Virus record (IMG/VR): IMGVR_UViG_3300020455_000006
Location: 1-64,000 of that record
Source of the DNA: a virus
Reading direction: 5' to 3' (one strand)
Length of the DNA: 64,000 bases
Every line of letters begins with the position of its first letter. The first letter of the stretch is position 1. The position numbers and the translations under genes are program-made. The notes beneath the pieces are model-generated. The model did not search any database. It was not told the DNA's origin and saw nothing but the letters and a program-made list of their open reading frames with translations. Positions 59,830 through 64,000 of this stretch are shown here, in pieces.

Positions 59830-61078
59830 GTATCAACTGTTACACGCAAAAGAATAAAAATGTTTCAAAAAACATTTATTGACTCTTTATAGATGTTACA
59901 AAGGTGTGTATCATTTGTTCTCTTAGCGAGCATGGCATAAAAGTCAAGCAAATACTAGGAGACCCACACAGAATCCCCGATACAGGCACTTGTAACATAT
60001 TATACATGGGACTTGTGCCAATATATGAACTGGCACAGCAAGACACAATGATACCACAGCGAGTATCATTTGATACACGAACAGATGCTACAATATGCTG
60101 TAACATTTGATACAGGCACTATTGTAACATATTATACCTGGTACTGTACCAGATTTACATGACCTTGTAAAGTACCAATGATACATTCTGACGTATCAAA
60201 TGTTACATGGTATAATATTATACATGAACATGTTCAGGTATCATTTGATACAACTTCATGTTATTACAAATAATTATAAGTTGGCAGGGGGAGTGGCGAA
60301 TATTTTCTAAAGTCCTACCCCAGACTTGCTTACCCTAATTTTAACAAATTTCTCAGGGCAGTACAAGTACATTTGATACATGTACATGTTCATGTAACAT
60401 ATGATACATCTGGTTTAGATTCTACTTCCATTCTAGCAAAGATTTTTTTTATATGCAATGTACATTTTATACAATGTAAAATATGATACATGGGCGGTTT
60501 CCCGTACCTTTTACAGGTGGCAATCTCTGGAAGGACATGTTAAGATTAGATTGTTCGACAGCAAATCTTTTATTATGTTCCCTTCAACAATCCTTGAGAC
60601 AATCAAAGCAAACACACCTGCACCTGCTAGATCATTCAACATCAACACTAATAGCAGAGACCTTGACTTTCAGGTATCAACTAAGCAAATCCTCCAGATA
60701 CTTAGAAAGAATCCTCAAGGTATGACACTTACAGAAATTGCACAAGCAGTTGACCCTAACTGGCAAACAATGAACTGTAAGAGAATGTTCAAACAGGCGA
60801 TTGATCCTCTATGCCTTCGTGATGATGTTCGTTTCACTACGTCCAAATCTGGCAAGCGTGTAAAGTACTTCCCAACTCGTGTTTCTAAGCGTTGGTTAGT
60901 CAAAGAACTTTTCAACACATTTGCACAGGCGAAAAATTCATAATCGCTAGACTCTGGCAATGCCAATAAGTCCAGAGTCGAACACAAACCAGTTGACAGA
61001 GTGTCAAGTGATCTTGTTACCTCACACTATATCATTTGTTACTTGACACCTTGTCAACACCCCTGTATCATTTGATAC
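59830..61078. repeat. Array of 11 perfect GTA-N8-TAC palindromes (consensus GTAWCAWWTGWTAC)
   Basis: Copies start at 59830, 59992, 60063, 60100, 60124, 60193, 60210, 60238, 60394, 60476 and 61065. Confidence 0.9.
60575..60943 (+). CDS. Winged helix-turn-helix DNA-binding protein (start moved to 60575)
   Basis: ILQILRKNPQGMTLTEIAQAV...FKQAIDPL..RDDVRFTTSKSGKRVKYF; extended -10 TGtTAAGAT near 60538. Confidence 0.7.
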   Translation: MFPSTILETIKANTPAPARSFNINTNSRDLDFQVSTKQILQILRKNPQGMTLTEIAQAVDPNWQTMNCKRMFKQAIDPLCLRDDVRFTTSKSGKRVKYFPTRVSKRWLVKELFNTFAQAKNS

Positions 61079-61081
61079 ACG

Positions 61082-61111
61082 AAATCGCAGGTAAATCTTG
61101 CGATTTTTTTT
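61082..61111 (+). terminator. Terminator near the strand switch
   Basis: AAATCGCAG-gtaaat-CTTGCGATTT plus T-run. Confidence 0.7.
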
Positions 61112-61210
61112 ATATTGATGGGGGCGGTGCGTTATTAAAAAGTACCTTCTATCTAACCTACAAACGTTTCCCAACGCCCTCGGTATCATAAATCAAAATT
61201 TTTTTCCCTA

Positions 61211-61954
61211 TTAAAAAACGCCCCTTAGATTTTTTTCCAGTATATCTGCTATCATAACATGACCCTTCTTGGTAGGATGTTTAGAGAGTGGGTTGAGTAA
61301 ACCTTTCATCTCTCCAAGTTTGATTCTTCTTTCAGTCTTGATATGAGTATTGACAAATGCTTCATCTGTAGGTTGCCATGTTGAATAATGATATGATTGA
61401 TCTTCAACAGTCATACGAGTCAATAGGTCTACTGGTAGAAGTCTTGGTATTTCTAAAGGATACTTGTGAGTATTGAATGTATCAAACCAATAGTTCTGTA
61501 TACCTAACGATTCAAAGAAGAGATTCCAATGAAGCATTTGATGAGCAAGTAACTTCACTTCATGTTCATGATTGTAGAAGTTCTCGGCATACTCTATTGC
61601 ATTGAATACTTTGTAATTAGTATTATAAGATACGTTCTTGATTCTTTCTTCTTTTGCAAGATAGAGTTCATTACGGGCAGTTGAAGTGATTCCCCATAAT
61701 ACGATAGTTTTTTCTTTTGGACGCTCTGTGAAATACTTACATGCTAATCGAAATTGTTTCTGATTACTTGACCCACCTTTTGAAATATTGATGTTATTAT
61801 ATCCATGTCTTTGTGATAAGATAGCACGAAAAGAATACTTGTTAGCATTCTCTTCACTCTTATAGTGTTTATAATATTGATCTAGATTCTCACCTTTTTC
61901 GTATCCACATCCGATACCCCAAGTCCAAGAACATCCAAGTGTTATAAGATTCAT
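61211..61954 (-). CDS. SGNH/GDSL-hydrolase-like protein, paralog C
   Basis: LGCSWTWG, GGSSN, HPTKKGH. Confidence 0.7.
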   Translation of the reverse strand: MNLITLGCSWTWGIGCGYEKGENLDQYYKHYKSEENANKYSFRAILSQRHGYNNINISKGGSSNQKQFRLACKYFTERPKEKTIVLWGITSTARNELYLAKEERIKNVSYNTNYKVFNAIEYAENFYNHEHEVKLLAHQMLHWNLFFESLGIQNYWFDTFNTHKYPLEIPRLLPVDLLTRMTVEDQSYHYSTWQPTDEAFVNTHIKTERRIKLGEMKGLLNPLSKHPTKKGHVMIADILEKNLRGVF

Positions 61955-62040
61955 ACGTGTGGATCATACTTACGCATTATGTAGAGAGCGATAAGAGCAC
62001 CAACACTAGATGCACCAAGAACAATTAGAAATAAAGGCAT
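61951..62040 (-). CDS. 29-aa membrane peptide
   Basis: MPLFLIVLGASSVGALIALYIMRKYDPHV; ATGA overlap with the next gene. Confidence 0.6.
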   Translation of the reverse strand: MPLFLIVLGASSVGALIALYIMRKYDPHV

Positions 62041-62100
62041 AACATTTGAAAAATAATAGGGTTCCTCTTATACACAACGTCCCATCAATATAAGAGGAAA

Positions 62101-62289
62101 AAAAGGGAGGTTGGATTCCTGTATACCAACAAAGAACGGGCATTACTACAGTAGTAAGTTTTACGTCCTTGCCTGAGACCCGACTGGTAAGTCGATTCAC
62201 CTTTCGGTGCAGCACCACCTGTGTCTCATCACCTTATCCAGCGTTTGCCAGAAAGATTATTCAGTCACTCCCGACGTAACCGTCGTTAC
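62101..62289 (-). ncRNA. Structured ncRNA, manA-motif-like
   Basis: GGGAG...CUCCC closing helix; GAGAC/GUCUC, CGAC/GUCG and GUUGG/CCAAC stems; GUGGUGCUGC segment; family assignment from memory. Confidence 0.7.
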
Positions 62290-62295
62290 TCTATT

Positions 62296-62324
62296 ATTAT
62301 AGTACATGTGAATGAAGTTGTCAA
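62296..62324 (-). promoter_or_regulatory. Consensus sigma70 promoter of the ncRNA
   Basis: TTGACA-N17-TATAAT on the minus strand. Confidence 0.9.
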
Positions 62325-62815
62325 CAAATATCCTGACCGAAAAAAGTATATTCATCAACCATCTCCTGTATTGTTTTTCGACAATATCTACAGTCAACTT
62401 TCTGAGAACCCCAACCATTCTCTCCTAGCACACGGTTCTTACGATACTTGTTCCATAACTCTTTACGTTTACTGATTTCCATTTCTCTGTAGGATTCAAG
62501 GTCGATACAGTACACATGATTATCTTCATCATGGACAAAGTTACCTATAGTGTAATCAGTAAAAGTCCAAGGAGATTCTCTTTCTACAAGTTCACGGTAT
62601 AATATATGAGAGAACTTATGCCCTACAAACTTACCTTTGATATACTCTGATGTTGTAATTATGGATAAACCTTCGGTAGTATAAGAGAAGGATGGTACAC
62701 GTATTTCTGTAAATGTATCCTTATCTTTCTGTAATTGATTCAAACGAGTAACTATTCTATCAAATTTCTCTTGAGACTCATAGGTCTTATGTTTTATAAT
62801 TGTAAATTTGTTCAT
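62321..62815 (-). CDS. Minimal protein-kinase-like fold protein
   Basis: SEYIKG...DYTIGNFV...YCIDLES (D....N and IDLE motifs). Confidence 0.55.
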   Translation of the reverse strand: MNKFTIIKHKTYESQEKFDRIVTRLNQLQKDKDTFTEIRVPSFSYTTEGLSIITTSEYIKGKFVGHKFSHILYRELVERESPWTFTDYTIGNFVHDEDNHVYCIDLESYREMEISKRKELWNKYRKNRVLGENGWGSQKVDCRYCRKTIQEMVDEYTFFGQDIC

Positions 62816-63714
62816 AGATGTTTTCTACCGAATGCATAGAGTTCTTCAGTCAATGGTTCAATTTCTGTGTTTTGGTCTTTGAGTCCTTCTATGTCTTTGT
62901 TCTTTGACATGTACTGATTAGGATAAAGGTTTTCTGGTTTGATTTCGTAATCTAGAAATTCAGACAACCTATCAAAAGATTCGTTATGGTACGATGAGTT
63001 CCAAAATTTCTCCATTTCTACTACCAAAACATTTTTATTACCATAACTCTTTCTAAATTTTTCGATGTTATCTTCGTAGTAACAATTTGTACTAAATCTT
63101 GATCTTTCGCAACACCAGCGAAATAATTTTTGTTGCTTCTTAGTACGTATGTAATGATTATACATCAGATCATCATTTTTGACAAACCTCTGCAGTTTTT
63201 TTCTTTTATGTTCATTGGAATGGTACATGGTAATTAGACCGCCCATTTCCTGATAGTAACGAAAGACAGGATCTGCAAGTAGTATTGTTACCCTCACATC
63301 AAAGTGGGATTTCAAAGCGTTTGCATGTGCTGTCAGAAATTCTTCTGGTAAACTGATGTTATAGTTGGAGAAATCACATACTGCATGATACTCAGGAAAC
63401 ATATCTCTCATATACTGCATATGATAGATGTATTTGTCGAATGAGTGCTCTGGTTCTAGCAGTGCCTGATAGTGGTCTTTATTGTATTCTGCAGTAATCT
63501 CTGGTAGTTCTCCTGTACGAAAATCAGGTCGTCTCTCTGTATATCGTTCAATCATCCAGTTCGTAAAATCTCTCTGGTTGGTATGCATCATATGCAGGTA
63601 ATGAAACTCTTTCTTATAACCTGCATGGCAATACTTAGCATTACGAAGAGTGTAGTAGAAAGGAGTTGTACCAGCATAAGGTGTGCCTGGATTCAGTAGA
63701 AGTTTAGGTTTCAT
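62812..63714 (-). CDS. Sulfotransferase-like protein (start moved to 63714)
   Basis: GTPYAGTT, KEFHY, DFS, DPVFR; ATGA overlap. Confidence 0.7.
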   Translation of the reverse strand: MKPKLLLNPGTPYAGTTPFYYTLRNAKYCHAGYKKEFHYLHMMHTNQRDFTNWMIERYTERRPDFRTGELPEITAEYNKDHYQALLEPEHSFDKYIYHMQYMRDMFPEYHAVCDFSNYNISLPEEFLTAHANALKSHFDVRVTILLADPVFRYYQEMGGLITMYHSNEHKRKKLQRFVKNDDLMYNHYIRTKKQQKLFRWCCERSRFSTNCYYEDNIEKFRKSYGNKNVLVVEMEKFWNSSYHNESFDRLSEFLDYEIKPENLYPNQYMSKNKDIEGLKDQNTEIEPLTEELYAFGRKHL

Positions 63715-64000
63715 CGATTCCATTCCTCTGGTATACTCCCGTAGCATTTCTCCCAGTCTGTATATACAAAACCCAGATACTGTTTCGACCATTCGTATAA
63801 CTCAGGGGTTATGTCCTCAAAGTCACTTCCCCATTGGTCTTTCAAAGCTTCATAGTGTGGTGCTTTTGTTCCTAAGTCAGGCACATAGACATTCTCATGT
63901 ATCTTTGTAATCTCATAGTCTAAGAATTTTGAAAGTCTCTCACATTGTTCTGCTTGTCTCTCTGGGTTCCAAAACTGCTCCATAATAATCGGCAAGACTC
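63711..64000 (-). CDS. Sulfotransferase-like paralog, 3' part (partial)
   Basis: ME.FWN...RLS.FLDYEI...LKDQ shared with the downstream gene. Confidence 0.7.
   Translation of the reverse strand, partial: VLPIIMEQFWNPERQAEQCERLSKFLDYEITKIHENVYVPDLGTKAPHYEALKDQWGSDFEDITPELYEWSKQYLGFVYTDWEKCYGSIPEEWNR

Larger units (their letters stand above)
47347..61008 (+). promoter_or_regulatory. 14 dispersed copies of a 24-bp imperfect palindrome (about TGTGACAGT-N6-ACTGTCACA); 11 are followed 29-31 nt later by a -10-like box
   Basis: Copies start at 47347, 49623, 54317, 55012, 55869, 56847, 57774, 58299, 58806, 59156, 59213, 60014 and 60985 (13 mapped by coordinate; treat the count as 13-14). Confidence 0.85.

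Noticed and set aside
59691-60725. ORFs 59691-59882, 59876-60106, 59904-60110, 60483-60725 and the 60458 upstream extension
   Set aside because: They run through the palindrome array or overlap the wHTH gene, with no RBS or protein-like motifs.
59830-61078. CRISPR array or mini-array
   Set aside because: Repeats are 14-bp degenerate palindromes with irregular spacing; no constant spacer length and no cas genes.
1-64000. tRNA, rRNA, introns or inteins
   Set aside because: No cloverleaf, rRNA segment or interrupted core gene recognised by eye; tRNAscan-SE would be needed to exclude a divergent tRNA.

Overview
64 kb from a T4-like marine cyanomyovirus, most likely infecting Prochlorococcus (the psbA 3' end has the Prochlorococcus-type [12 protein letters not shown] motif). 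Layout: (1) 1-15 kb: end of psbA, accessory enzymes (amidinotransferase, 2OG-Fe(II) oxygenases, glutaredoxin, split carbamoyltransferase, radical SAM, SGNH-like proteins), a tandem glutamine-riboswitch-like locus, and thyX, phoH, exonuclease, gp33, gp59, gp32. (2) 15-42 kb: baseplate and tail module (gp53, gp48, gp2-like, gp4, gp54-like, gp26, gp51, gp5), cp12 and five fibre-like genes. (3) 42.5-47 kb: an inverted sugar-nucleotide cassette (KdsB-like, SIS-HAD fusion). (4) 47.4-59.7 kb: putative early region with a vWA-peptidase/CobS-like AAA pair, a PvuII-like endonuclease plus two methyltransferases, and many tiny genes behind a repeated 24-bp palindromic promoter element. (5) 59.7-61.2 kb: a mostly non-coding block with 11 perfect GTA-N8-TAC (NtcA-box-like) palindromes around one winged-helix gene. 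(6) 61.2-64 kb: minus-strand sulfotransferase-, kinase- and SGNH-like genes and a manA-like structured RNA. Top leads: the palindrome array with its wHTH gene; a riboswitch whose stem-loop contains a whole ORF; the phage-borne R-M cluster; and the apparent total absence of TTAA and RGCY over about 14 kb of the early region. All calls come from reading motifs by eye; no database searches were run.
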